A stretch of DNA of 64,000 nucleotides from NCBI RefSeq assembly GCF_964213995.1, contig NC_135805.1, positions 68,758,001-68,822,000 on the forward strand, in the 5' to 3' direction. Below are positions 49,318 through 62,411 of the stretch, one piece after another. Position 1 is the stretch's first letter. Each line of letters opens with the position of its first letter. The translations under genes were made by a program, and so were the position numbers. Origin of the DNA: Mustelus asterias (lineage: Eukaryota). The notes under the pieces were generated by a model. It worked only from the letters and a program-made list of their open reading frames with translations, did not search any database and was not told the origin of the DNA.

Positions 49318-49750
49318 TGGGCAGCATGGTAGCACAGTGGTTAGCACTATTGCTTCACAGCTCTAGGGTCCCAGGTTCGATTCCCGGCTCGGGTCACTGT
49401 CTGTGTGGAGTTTGCAGGGCGGCACGGTAGCACAGTGGTTAGCACTGCTGCTTCACAGCTCCAGGGTCCCGGGTTCGATTCCCGGCTCGGGTCACTGTCT
49501 GTGTGGAGTGTGCACATTCTTCTCGTGTCTGCGTGGGTTTCCTCCAGGTGCTCTGGTTTCCTCCCACAGTTCAAAGATGTGCGGGTTAGGTTGAGTGGCC
49601 AGGTTAAAAATTGCCCCTTAGAGTCCTGAGATGCGTAGGTTAGAGGGATTAGCGGATAAATATTTGGGGGTAGGGCCTGGGTGGGATTGTGGTCGGCGCA
49701 GACTCGATGGGCCAAATGGCCTCCTTCTGCACTGTAGGGATTCTATGATT
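49318..49750 (+). mobile_element. HE1-type V-SINE with a duplicated 5' head
   Basis: Head to GTGTGGAGTTTGCA (49318-49416) is followed directly by a complete copy (49417-49750) ending GGGATTCTATGATTCT. Confidence 0.9.
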
Positions 49751-52349
49751 CTCCCCTCTGAAACTGAGCATCAAAATAACCGAAAATTCCAATTGCAGAA
49801 TTGGATTTTGTTCAATTAACCTCATCGGTGAATAATTAGCAACAATCCACATTCCTTGTTTAGTGCTGTCCAGAATTCTTATAACTTACACTTTTTCCCC
49901 CAAATTTAAATGTCAATCTGATTACAGTAAATGTGAGTACTATTTAAAAAGAAATTCTAAGTATGTTTGTGCAGATACACACAAGTGTAGTTCAGTGGTA
50001 GCATTCTCCACTGAGTTGTGGGTTCAAGCCACAGATGTTTGAATGCACAGTCTAGACGGACTTTTCAGTGTGGCATTTTGTAAAGGATGTTAAATGTTTT
50101 AAAGGAGATGTTTAAACCAAGGTCACATTGCCTGCTTAGGTTGATGGAAGAGCTTTTCCTGAATATCGGGGAGTTCTGCCAGTGCCATACGATATGATTG
50201 TGCATCACTAAATAAGTAGTTTTTAATTAATTGGACCTATTCCAAAAGGTGTTTTCCAAGCTCATAACATCAGTATCAGCCAAGAATTACTTTACCGTTT
50301 ACCAACACAACACTTTTTGTTTCCAATTTTGGAACAGTTTGATGCAGAAAATCTAGATGTGAAATATGTAGTCACTATAAGCTCAATCATTTATTTAACT
50401 GCTTACATTTGTTTTTCTTTTGTACTTTTATCTACCTTATTCACCTTTTATATTGTTTCTCTTTTTGGCCTGTCCACAGAAAGGGAATGGGTTATGTATA
50501 AGTAACCACCAATTTAATTTAGGCTCATTTATCTTTGCAGAAAACGTTGATCACTGACTATTGTAAGAAGATCCATGTAGGTTTATTGAGAATATAACGT
50601 AATGTTGCAATCATTCTGTATTTTATGCATCACCTCCATAATTAGAATTGGAATACTGAGGTTGTGTTGGTTTGAAAAGAAAATTTAACTTGGTTGTTAT
50701 AGCAGGAGTGGTATCAAATTTACAGGATTGGCACAATGTTGACTTTCAAATTGTTGCTTGTATTTAGAGGTTTAACAAAGCCCACCATATTGCTTTGAAT
50801 ATACTTGAGCTGAAACTAAACTAGATCCATAATGTGTACACTGCTTTTAGGGGCAAGAATATTTTCTTTAGGCCCAGCAAGTTAATCCTGTGAAACCCCA
50901 CAACCTCCCTGATCACTTGCCACCACAACCAAAAAACTTATCTGCTTCCAGTCAGAGGCAGAAAAGGCTGTACGTCAGACAGGATACATGGCGAGGAGCC
51001 TGCAATTTTTCCTCCAAGCCGCACACCATTTTGACTTGAAATTATTTTGCTGTTCCTTCACCTGAAACTCCCTCTCTAGCACCACATGGACTGCAGCGGT
51101 TCAAGGCAGCAGCTTGCCACCACCACCTTGATGGCAATGAGGGATGAATAGCAAATGCTGACCTTGTCGGTGACATTCAACCTGTGAAACTATTTTTATT
51201 AAAAAAATTTTAAATTCTAAATTTTCAGGGAAACCTGTGATTCTGGGTTTCCCAACCACAATTTGTCCCGCCAGCTTCATAAGTTTGCCGCAGTAAACAC
51301 TAGGGCCAAGAAGTCAGAAAAGAGTGGGCGCTGAGTAAGGAAACTGAAAAAGAAGAGTTTCCTGCATTTGTGAATGCAGAAGATTAGGTCAAGCCTTCTG
51401 AAGAACGTTTTATTGAGAAGCAGATTTTGTACATGTTTGTCTATGGTCAGCAGTAACTATAACATTGTGGACTAAAATATTTACACCTGTTTCAAGCCAG
51501 TTTTAGCTTGGGTCAGGCTGATAACTGTTTAAACAAAGGGGATGAGTTATTGCAGCATGTTCATTTCGGATTTTCTAAGAAACTTAATTTGGCAGAATAT
51601 TTTTGCCTGGTGGCCATGCCTTCAGCTGCCTTGACCCTTAATTCTGGAATTCCCTCCCGAAAAATCTTGTCTCTTTACCTGTCTTTTAACATGCTCCTTA
51701 AAACATAACCTCCTTTGATCAAGCTTTGTTATCTGTCACAATACCTCCTTCTCAGCTCAAGTATAAAATATTGCTTTGTAATGCTCCTGTGAAACATCTT
51801 CAGTCATTTTATCATGCCAAAGGCACTATATAAATGCAGGTTGTTAAATGTGAAGCATGTGACCCTTTCTAAGGTATGTTGCGTATTTTTTTAAGGCGTG
51901 TTATGTGCAAGTGGACAGGAGTATAAGAGATTGAAGCTGTATAGAGACAGCCTGGTTAAAAATGACTAAAGTTATAATGTAATTATCCTGGTAAATTTAA
52001 AAGGTATATTTGATTCTTAAATCGGTGATGCTTGTATAATACTCATTAGATTTTTGATTTCACAAGAAATATCTGTGGTTACAGGTTTTATACATAATGA
52101 TAGATGATGTGACTTGTTTTCAACAAGTCTTCAGCTATGGATTTTGTTTGCATTTGGAATGCATTTAAATGACCTTGCACCTGGAGTGAAGTAACCTAAT
52201 GAAGCTTCATATTTTGTGAACCTTATAGCCATCTGAGGCAGATAATGTAAAAGTATAAATGGAAGGAAGCATTAGCAATGAAGTCCAAAGTATTTAGGTA
52301 GCATTCTCGCTGTCTGTGTTGTCTCTGTCTGTCTGTGTTGTACGCGGGG

Positions 52350-52515
52350 TCATGATATGGAGATGCCAGCATTGGACTGGGGTAAACACAGTAAGAAGTC
52401 TAACAACACCAGGTTAAAGTCCAACAGGTTTATTTGGTAGCAAAAGCCACTTTTGCTTTTGCTGCCAAATAAACCTGTTGGACTTTAACCTGGTGTTGTT
52501 AGACTTCTTACTGTG
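52350..52515 (-). mobile_element. Penelope-derived mini-palindrome (family 1)
   Basis: ~60-bp inverted arms CACAGTAAGAAGTCTAACAACACCAGG...CCTGGTGTTGTTAGACTTCTTACTGTG plus the extension tail. Flanking direct repeat CTGTGTTGTACGCGGGG at 52333-52349 and 52511-52527. Confidence 0.85.
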
Positions 52516-52671
52516 TTGTACGCGGGGAACATGCATATACACCTGCAGATTTGACTAAAATGTTCTTGATCTTGGTACAGTGTAATAATACCAACTGGGT
52601 ACTGAACAATAAGGGGGCATGAAATTGAAAGGTGAGTCAATTGGTGTTACCTAGCATATTAGAATAAATAT

Positions 52672-53012
52672 GTAGAATCCCTCCGTGCAGAAGGAGGCCA
52701 TTTGGCCCATTGAGTCTCCACTAACTCTCCAAAAGAGCATCTTACCCAGGCCCACCACCAAGCCCTACTCCTGTAACTCCACACATTTACCATGGATAAT
52801 CCACCTAACCCACAAATGTTTGCACGCTTGGGCAATTTAGCATGGCCAATCCATCTAAACTGCACATCTCTGAACTGCGGGGGGAAACTGGAGCACCTGG
52901 AGAAAACCCATGCAAACACTGGGAGACTGTGCAAACTCCACACAGTCACCCAAGACTGGAATCCAACCTATCTCCCTGGTGCTGTGAAGCAGCAGTGCTA
53001 ACCATTGCGCCA
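52672..53012 (-). mobile_element. HE1-type V-SINE
   Basis: Head, V domain and CR1-like tail. Confidence 0.82.
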
Positions 53013-53985
53013 ATGTGTTGGCAGAGGTCACTGAGTAATAATGCTGTCCATTAGCCTTGGCTAGAAAACAGTAGAAGCCTGAGATGTTTGAAAGAAGAGT
53101 GCTAGCTATCAGCTTTTTCACATGACACGTTATTTATTTATCCTTATTCTATGGTAGCACTTGCTGGTTGGGAAAATCAGAGGTACTGCTGTTAAGGAGT
53201 GGGTAATGTATTCCTCTTATGGACCTATTGGCAAATGTGGAGGGAAGGTATCACCTTGTTTAATGCTGATTCCAAAATAACAAGTATGGAGAGGAGGAAA
53301 ATAAGTTCTTTGGTTTTCTTTATTTATTACCTAATTAAACGAGGGAATGAAGTTCCTCTGTTGCCTAAGGAAGGATCTGCAGGACCCAGGTATTTTTATG
53401 GTGACATTCAATAAGAGTTCCTGCACATCCCTCTGAAGTAGATGAGCTGTTGTAGTCATTTACACTGCGGTGGCATTTTCCTTGTAGAAGCGATGCAACT
53501 GGAGACAAATATTTGTATATGTTGGCAGAAATTAGGTGGTCACCCAAAGGGCAAATGTTAAATTGCCAATGTGGTTATCTCTTTGAAGGGGACAATCCCA
53601 CAATTCTGCTGCACTTCAGAATTGAGCTGTATGAGCAGTATTGAAAAGAAATCAGTTTGTGAATAATAGCAGAAGGGAGCAGTGTTTTGGTTCTGTTCGT
53701 GTAGTTGCTTAGAGGATTCTGTTGCGAAGCAGTGTGAAAAATAAAATGGTTTCCCCACATTCATTTCAAAAATAATGTGGTTTAAGAATAAGGTTAATGG
53801 AACAATGAAGATATAGATCAGGTTCTTTTGTAGGAAGTCTGCTGCTTGCCCCTGCTAATGTATATAGCTGTATGTTGCAATTTATTTGGTTTCGACTATT
53901 TTGGGAAGTAAGCATGAACTCAAATGAGTCGTAGATGCAATAGAATACAAATTGTTGAAGTTATTGCATTACATTTTGTCATATA

Positions 53986-56610
53986 TGTTGGGGCCTTTTT
54001 AAAAGAACGGGTCAGGTGACCTGGGGTATAAGCTCCACCCTGGATCGAGCTCGCCAAACCAGTCTTGTACTGACTGTGCTAAGAAAGGACATTAAATGAA
54101 CAGCTCCAATTTGGTTACACCTACTTACCTCATGGTCTCTTTATAGTCCATAATTAGACCTCGGACATAACTGGTGACGAGACTGAGTCATGGCCCACAG
54201 AATGCGTGTTCCTGCCGGCCCTTCGGAAGAAGGGAGGAAGCTTGATGCCATCCTAGATTCCAAAAGCAGCGCAAATTGCCGAAATAACTGGCTAGACATG
54301 AGGGAACGGGCCTAGGCGCCGAGGGAAGTGGTCGCGAGGGGACTAGGACCGTGTTCGATGTTGCAAAAAGAGGTATTCGCCAGGAAATGGGCTAAAGGCA
54401 GTGGTAGCGACGGGACTCGGGCTTACAGCCAATGGCTAGAAATAGGAGAGGGAACTCTCACCTATGAGCACCGAGATCATCGTGGGGGAAGCGTTCACAT
54501 GGGGACTCGAGCTGCATTCGACAAGAAGAATAGGAGAGCATAGTCAGTGAGGGAGCGGCTGGTGTGAAGTGCGCAAAGAGTGGCTACTGAATGCGAAGGG
54601 CAGGGAAAAGTTCCCGCCAACGGGAACAGAAAATGGTAGGCCAGTTTGGGGCGATGGGGCCATTCAACAAAGACATGGAGAGCTGGGCGCTATACACAGA
54701 GGGGTTTCACTCACTTAAAACCCAATAAGATAGATGAAGAACTCATGGTGGCAGTCTTCCTGAGCACCATTTGGAAGTAAGACGTTCGCTACACCTAAGA
54801 AGTCTCATAAACCTGAAAAGCCCATGGAGAAACCCCTAGCATGTTGTGCGAGACACTAGGGAATCATTATGCTCCAAAGCCGCTCATGATGGCAGAACGT
54901 TTTCGATTTTATTTTAAAAAAATACAGCTGGACGGAGAATCCATCTTGCAATTTGTGATCATGTTTAAAAAGCTAGGCTGAGCATTGTGAATTTGACTGG
55001 TTCCTTCAGGATGCATTACGGGACCGTTTGGTTTGTGATCTCTGTAAAGAAGTGATGCAACAAAAACTTCTGATGATGAGAAAAGTCTTCGACTTAGGTT
55101 TTGAAATAGCTGTGGAGTTGGCTACAAATGAAGCAATGCAGTTGGATGTCGGTGCCCAAGTACACAAAGTAGCCGAAGCGCAGCAGAACGCGGTGTTAAC
55201 CGCAGAATGCCTCTGTTGTGGCAAGTCTGGCCACAAAGAGTCAACATGCTGGACGTGTGAAGCCCAGTGCCACTGGTATAAGCGGGTGGGGCATAATGCT
55301 CAGAATCGTAGGCCATATCTTTAAAAGAGGAAAAGGGGAGTCGGGGAGAGAGAGAAGAACCTGAGGACTAGGCACAAGGTACATGCTGCCATCCAGGAAG
55401 GGGACAGGGAGTGAGCTGAATCTGCGGAGGAAACAAAATAACTTAAATCTACAAAATTTCAGCTTAATATCTTATTAGTCCGAGGAGAAGCGATCGATTA
55501 AAAATTAAAATGGAGGTCGATACGGGGGCAGTGGTATCACTGATTTCTGACTCCGTGTACGTAGATGAATTGAAAGCATTGCCGTTGAAGCCTGCCAAGA
55601 TCACCTTATGTACTTAGATGGAGCAAGTGATGCCACTGAGAGAGGATATATGTACTGGCAAAAGTGCAACTAAGGGATTGGTGCACTGAGTTACCATTGT
55701 ACGTGGTCAAGGGTGACTTCCCTGCTTTGTTTAGACGCTCTTGGCTCCAGAAATTAAAATTAAATTGGGGTGTAGTGAATAGGCTGGTGGATTCAAGAAT
55801 GAGTTTACAAGATGTCCTAGAGAAATATAAGGATGTATTCAAGGGGACCCTGGGAGAGATGAAAGGGTCAAAATTAAAATTGAAATGAATCCAGAGACTC
55901 ATCCAATGAGTCTGGCGGCGCATCTGGTACCTTATACCATTCAGCCAAAAACAAGCCAGAATTAGAATGACTGTTGAACATGGGGGCGCTGGAACCACCA
56001 GCAAATGGGCCATTCCAATTTTGAAGACGGGTGGCATGGTGAGAATCTGTGGGAACTTTAAGGTCACCGGTGTGCGGTAGTGTGTGCGGATCAGTACCCA
56101 TTTCCCCTCATTAAGGACCTGTTTAGCAGATTGGCAGGAGGGAAGAAATTTTCGAAGATGGACATGTTACAGGCCGATCTCCAAATGAGGGTTGCAGAAG
56201 AGTCCCAACCACCTCCTGACGATAATTGAATTGGGGGCTTTTCCACTACGAGCGTCTTCCTTTCGGCATCACGTCGGCACCAGCCCTTTTGCAGAGGGCA
56301 ATGGATCAAATTCCAAGTGGGTTGCTGGGAGTCCACTGTTACTTGGACAATATTTTAGTCGTGGACTCCACTGAAGAGAAGCTTTTGAAGAACCTTGAAA
56401 ACACCCTCAGAAGGTTGCAGGGGCATAGCCTGCAAGTAAAGAAAGAAAAATGTTGGGGACATGCACCTTTTTAAGAGAACAGGTCAGGTGACTTGTCAAG
56501 GCAGTCTTGTACTGACTGTTATAGACACAAAGGTAAATAAGCTGTTCCAGTTCATCTACACCTACTTGCCTCATGGTCTCTTTATAGACCATAATTAGAC
56601 CTCATACACA
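53986..56610 (+). mobile_element. Gypsy LTR retrotransposon, degenerate, lacking RNase H and integrase
   Basis: LTRs ~53986-54167 and ~56451-56608 (TGTTGGGG...CTCATGGTCTCTTTATAG.CCATAATTAGACCTC..ACA), PBS TGGTGACGAG at 54172, gag knuckle CLCCGKSGHKESTC, protease MEVDTGA, RT LPFGITSAP / YLDNILV. Confidence 0.88.
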
Positions 56611-57664
56611 ATTGTATCAAATTTTATTTTGGTATTTTTTCCTGTTTTATGTAAAATGAGACTTTACCATTTCACAAGTTGCTCAAAGCTATATTTTGTG
56701 TTTTGTGAGCTACTTTGCATTGCATCCTACTCCTATTTGATCATTTGTGTAACTGATTAATTGGAATATTTTCAAACCATTCTTCTCTCAAATGCAATTA
56801 GAGTTCAGTTTTGTGTTTTTCAGATTTTGAGGCTCATCAATTAATAAGGATATTCTTTGATCTCCATTCTGTCACAAATATGTTTTCAACTCCTGAATAT
56901 TTTGATACTTTGGAAGACCTACAGGATCAAAATTATAGCATTGAAAGTGGAACTACAATTGTATATTAAGCTCGATGTGGTTGATTGTGTAACTGCTCCC
57001 TTACTGCAGTGGGTGTTTATAATACGTGGCGACTACTTGTGACTCTCGGCAGACTTTGCTTGGCTGGCTGTGGGATGTGGACAATTGGGATTCAGTTCTA
57101 CTTGTGCACTTGTCATGTGAGAAGAATTGCAGAACTGACTATTCTCTGATGAAATGCAGGGCTCTATTACAATGACGTGGTTAAGTTTTAACAAGAATTG
57201 TTGATTATTTACAAAGTGCCACTGAAATGTTGGGAGAGATTAGCAAAATCTTGGCTAATGAGAGGTTTTAAGGATTGTCTAAGGGGAGAGAGAGGTTTTG
57301 GGAGAGAATTCTAGAGCTATGTCCCTACGCTGCGAATGGTGGAACAATCGAAATTTGAAATGGACGGGAGGGGCCAGGATTGGAAGAATTCTGAAATCTC
57401 TCTGGGTTGTAGAGTTGGGAAGTGGTTAGAGCTAGAGCACTGAGGCTTTGGAGGGATTTAAACTTGAGGGTGAGAATTTTAAATTGCAACTTTTTCTAGC
57501 TACGCACACAGAGGAGCTGTTATCTCAAAGTTGCATTGTACCTTCTGAGTAACACACCAGCTTTCATCTGCCTAAATGTTCCATTATTGATGAACCTTCA
57601 AGGTGGACCCAATTTGTCCTTTGAACAATTTCAGTGCATTGTGACTTCAGAAGCTTTTTTTTTA

Positions 57665-57979
57665 CATGGTGGCACAGTGGTTAACAGTGCTACCTCACAG
57701 CGCCAGGGACCCAGGTTCAGTTCCGGCCTCGGATCACTGTCTGTGTGGAGGTTGCACTTTCTCCCCGTGTCTGCGTGGGTTTCCTCCAGGTGCTCGTGTT
57801 TCCCCTCTCAATCCAAAGGTGTGCAGATCAGGTTGATTGGCCATGCTAAATTGATCCTAGTGTCGGGGGATCAGCAGGGTAAATGTGTTGGGTTACGGAA
57901 ATAGGGCCTGGGTAGGATTGTGGTCGGTACAGACTCGATGGGCCAAATGGCCGTCTTCTGTACTGTAGGGATTCTATGA
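57665..57979 (+). mobile_element. HE1-type V-SINE
   Basis: Full head, V domain and tail ending GGGATTCTATGA. Confidence 0.88.
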
Positions 57980-58483
57980 AAAGCGCCATATTCATATCGG
58001 CTTGGACTTGGAAAGAGTTGGTTTGTCCACATCCTGTAGTTGGATTTGGATAAAGAGAAGAATATCTATGAATTAAATCCTTTTTTACTTTATTCTGCTT
58101 TCTCTGTTCCTTTTTATATTATCCTGTTTTAATTTGCTTATTTTCTACCTGCTTTTACAACTTCTGACCCCAGAGAGCTATTTAATATTTAGCATTGTTT
58201 AATACAGTTACTTGGGAAGCTGCAGGCCAATGAAATTAAAAGCTGGCAAATTGCTGCCGAAATGGCTTGAATGTCTCCCAGCGTATGGGCGTCTAATTAG
58301 TGAAATGATTTAAAGCAGGGTTTCTCAAACTGGGTTCTGCCATCAGCCCGGCCATTTAAATTTTTTTTTAAAAAGCCTGTAAATCTATCTTGACCAATCA
58401 AAGGTGGCTGTTTCATTTTATTGGCTACTGAAAGGCTGAGTGGTCTGTCAGCAACCAAGCTCACCTCCTGGATGAGCTGGAAA

Positions 58484-58693
58484 TACAGTAAGAGGTTTAA
58501 CAGCACCAGGTTAAAGTCCAACAGGTGTATTTGGTAGCAAAAGCCACTCGCTTTCGGAGCCTTAAGCTCCTTCTTCAGGTGAGCTTAAGGAGCTTAAGGA
58601 AGAAGGGGCTTGGGGCTCCGAAAGCTTGTGTGGTTTTTGCTACCAAATAAACCTGTTGGACTTTAACCTGGTGTTGTTAAACCTCTTACTGTA
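58484..58693. mobile_element. Penelope-derived palindrome (family 1) with hammerhead remnants on both strands
   Basis: TACAGTAAGAGGTTTAAC...GTTAAACCTCTTACTGTA inverted arms. - strand 58581-58545: CAC-CTGAAGA-A-GGAGC-TTAAG-GCTCC-GAAA-GC-GA-GTG. + strand partial: GAAGAAGGGGC.....GCTCCGAAAGCTTGTG. Confidence 0.85.
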
Positions 58694-60666
58694 CAAAACT
58701 TTGAACACGCAGACAGATGACAGGTTGGGGCCACAGAGGCTCGAGAGAGGGGGAGCAGGGTGCGTGTCTGAAATGAGAATCCAACTTGCCAGCAGCATTC
58801 GCAGTACTAAATGAATTTGTGAGCAAAAGATGTGCATCACTCCCATTTTAAAAATGACAAAGGGCAAGATTTGGGAAATATTTGTTGCAGAACAGAGCAT
58901 TTTAATTATAATACATGTATAAAATAAGTTTGTTTTTTGTATGTTTGCATCTGTTGTGCAATAATTTTTTTTGGTTGAATTCTTCAATATAGGAATTTTT
59001 CTTAGGAGTTGTGTCAGTGCTGTTGGGAGGTCAAAAGGGTGGCTGGAAAAGTTTGGGAAATCCTAATTTAAAGGAAATTTGTTGGAATTCTCTCAGTAAC
59101 ATTGGCTGTTATTTGACTTATACTCATTTTGATGTCAGTCCCTATTTGAAGATAGACTGGCTGGCACGCCCAGGTTTTACTCCACGTTGCTTTATGATCA
59201 GGGGATTATTGTGTAAGCATTGCATGTGAAGAAATTGACTCAGCAGTGGTGGATGCTGATTAAAGGTTTAGAGTTGAGCTGTTGAGTAACACTGAGAAGG
59301 ATATAAGAACTGATTTACCAATCATTTTTGTGCCTAATGTTAGAGACACAATGAGAAAAACTAATTTTTTGAAAATCTGCCACTGGATTATAATCTCTCT
59401 TTCTCTAATTGCTGATTGTAGTGTTGGGTTGGGGGAGCGGGTGTTAACTCTGAAGTTTGAAGGTGCTGAGCTACTTTTTATTTTCTTCCTGTGGGTTGCA
59501 CAAAATAACAAACGTTTTGGTTAGCTGGAAATGTTTCGTTGAGTGTCGTGTTCTGTTACAGAATCAGGGAACTGAATGAATTTGAGGATCCTCAGCATAG
59601 TAGTAGCCACAGGACTGATTAACTTTTGTAAACTTTGAAGGCTATAATTATATGGATTTCCAGTTCAGAGTTAGAGATGACTTTCAAGATTGGCACGTAC
59701 ATTCGTCCTAATCTGTATCTTTTGTGGATCTGAGAACTAATCAAAACATTTTCTGAGACCTGAACCCAAATTTAATCTCTAAACTGCTTCAAATGGATTT
59801 TATTTTGACAATACAATGTGAATGAAGATTCTATTGAGCTCTTGTCAGTACATAATTTCCATAAAAATGATTTTGCTAATCTGATATAGAATTCATGTGC
59901 ACCATTCATCCATGTGACCATCTGATCAATTCTCCTGTTGGAGTACAGATAGAATCCCAATCACTGCTGATATTTCAGGAAGTTCCCAAATTTAGCACTG
60001 ACAGAAACAGCTAATTCATTGCCCGAACAGGAACATTTTTTCTCTCCTCCCCCACCACTTTGTGGCACATTATTCTATTTTCATCACACTGGGTTCAGTT
60101 CTCCTGCTGGAAGCTGTCTTTTTAAATATGTGCGCAAGGTCATTGTATTTGCTGAAATTTGGGCTTTCTGCAAACTCACCCAAATTGTAACGAGCAACTT
60201 GTGATTTTATAAGTGTTTATGCAGTCAACTTTCCTCTATTTAAGCTACCAACGTTGCACTCCGAGGGCAAAGACTAAAGTCGTCTTGTGTATAGTTGTGC
60301 TTTACTCGCCATTTTTATCTCGCTGATCAATGTCAGCAACAGTGTGTATTTGTAGCACTGATCGCCAAATTTGTTTATTGCTGCTAAATAATGGTCTAGA
60401 GCAAAGAGTACATTACCAAAAGTGCAAATGCTAATGATTCTGTGTCACTGCAAGAAGAATCTGCATTGATCATTTTGTCCAAGTTCATCTTGCAATATGC
60501 TCTTAAAAAAACAGATTTCTCAAATGTGGTCAAGGCACTCGCTGATGACCTTGATGAAGTCACTGGCCGGTCTCGGCTGCTTCAATCTTCTAATCTCTTG
60601 GACTGTTTTGCTTATTGTAATCGCTGTTTTTAACACTGTCAAACTTGCCCTTTGTTTGTCTTTCAG

Positions 60667-60792
60667 GTATTTTCAAGAGAAATAATTCCAGGTTAATGGA
60701 GGAAATCTTAAAACAGCAACAAGAATTACTAGGTCTGGACTGTTCAAAATATTCGACCGAATTGTTAAATAGTCACCAGAAAGTTGAACAAG
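60667..60792 (+). CDS. NUS1: NUS1 exon 2
   Basis: Acceptor TTTCAG|; (G)[41 protein letters not shown]; donor G|GTGAGT; 126 nt, phases 1/1. Confidence 0.96.
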
Positions 60793-61353
60793 GTGAGTAG
60801 CTTGTGCATTTTTTCAATTGCATTTCTGTAGATTGAGAACCTTTCTTACAATTAAAAGTGTAGATTTTGTTACAGTCTGCAGTGCATTAGTTGTAACATT
60901 TCATATGATGAGCATGCTGATACCACATTGTTGGAGCTGAGTTTATGAAGCAGATTCTTCTCTGTACAAATCCTCACTTGAAAACATGCTGCACAGGTCA
61001 AATGGTGTTGAAGGTGCCCTTGGTAATCTTCAGAGTTTTTTTTCATCCTTGTATCAAACAATTTGGATAGATTACTTAATTCATGACCAAAGTTTCGCTG
61101 TTAGATTATGAACTAACATGGATCCCTTGCAGAGGAATTCAATTTTTAAATACATCTGCTTTTATCGATAAATATATATCCGCTTTAGTTTTGATGTGTT
61201 ATAGGCACTCGTTAGTTAAATATCAGGCTCTTGGGCTGCTTGCCAGTTAATTTGTCTACCTGTGTTTTGAGAGTGTGAGTGGAAAATTTTGAAGTTCTCT
61301 ACAAACAAAATATTAACTGGATTGTAAAATCAAATTTTTTTTTTGTATTTTAG

Positions 61354-61506
61354 TTTTATCATGTTCAACTACAGTGAAAGTGCTTTCACCTGATGATGGT
61401 AAAGCAGATATAGTGAAAGCTGCGCAAAAGTACTGTTGGTTAGTTGCCCAGCAGCAGAGAAGGTCCACTGATCTAAATGTGAACATTATGGACAGTTTTC
61501 TCAGAG
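61354..61506 (+). CDS. NUS1: NUS1 exon 3
   Basis: Acceptor TTTTAG|; (V)[50 protein letters not shown]; donor G|GTGAGT; 153 nt. Confidence 0.95.
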
Positions 61507-61603
61507 GTGAGTGGAATCTGTTGGTCAGTGGAAGGAATGCAACATTCACATTTACTTCTACAATTTGAGAATGGGCACAGAATCGCCTCTTAAGGGTTCA
61601 TTT

Positions 61604-61898
61604 CATAGATTCCCTACAGTACAGAAGGAGGCCATTTGGCCCATCAAGTCTGTACCGACCACAATCCTACCCAGGCCCTATTCCTGTAACCCCACACGTT
61701 TAACCTGCAAATCCCCCTGACACAAGGGTCAATTTAGCATGGCCAATCAACCTAATCTGCACATCTTTGGACTGTGGGAGGAGAAACCCATGCAGACACA
61801 GGGAGAATGTGCAAACTCCACACAGGCAATGACCCAAGGCCGGAATTGAACCCAGTCCCTGGCGCTGTGAGGCAGCAGTGCTAACCACTGTGCCGCCC
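61604..61898 (-). mobile_element. HE1-type V-SINE
   Basis: Head, V domain (small deletion) and tail. Confidence 0.85.
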
Positions 61899-62411
61899 AA
61901 TGTTTGTGTCACATTGAGATACTGTTGGTGACATGTGTTTCACTGAAATTGTATTTTCAATTGTTTGAATTAAAATAGTAATTATTAACACACTTCAGCA
62001 TTAGTCGGACCATTTTTTTATTAAAGTTTTAAAAAGCAAAACTTTATCGTCAATTTGCATGACTTCCCTTTTCATAAATGTTGCTAGATTCTTAATTGAA
62101 GAAACAGGACTAGTTTGTAGTTACTTAATCTTAATGTTGCGAATATCTGATTTCTGGTCCATGATTTTCAATATATTTTTAGTTTTAGGAATGAAAGTTT
62201 AACTGTCGAAAATAGGATAAATGCAATTAAAGTAAGCTTGGAGCCAATTACCCTTAAAGTTTGGAGCATGTTGACTTTAGAGGGTAACAGCAAGTGGAGA
62301 AACTTAAACAATGTGTGGCAAGAGGCAGTAATGTTGATGTTTAGTTTGACCTCTGTAGGTAGGTAGTTTTATGTTGGAGTTTGCTAGTTTAAAAACTGTT
62401 GTTCTCGTATA

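Noticed and set aside
52350-58693. Recurrent palindromes with a shared ~60-bp sequence as a CRISPR-like array or DNA-transposon MITEs
   Set aside because: They are dispersed, with no repeat-spacer periodicity and no cas genes. Long TSDs, an asymmetric tail and identity with the Penelope pLTR at 25922-26858 explain them.
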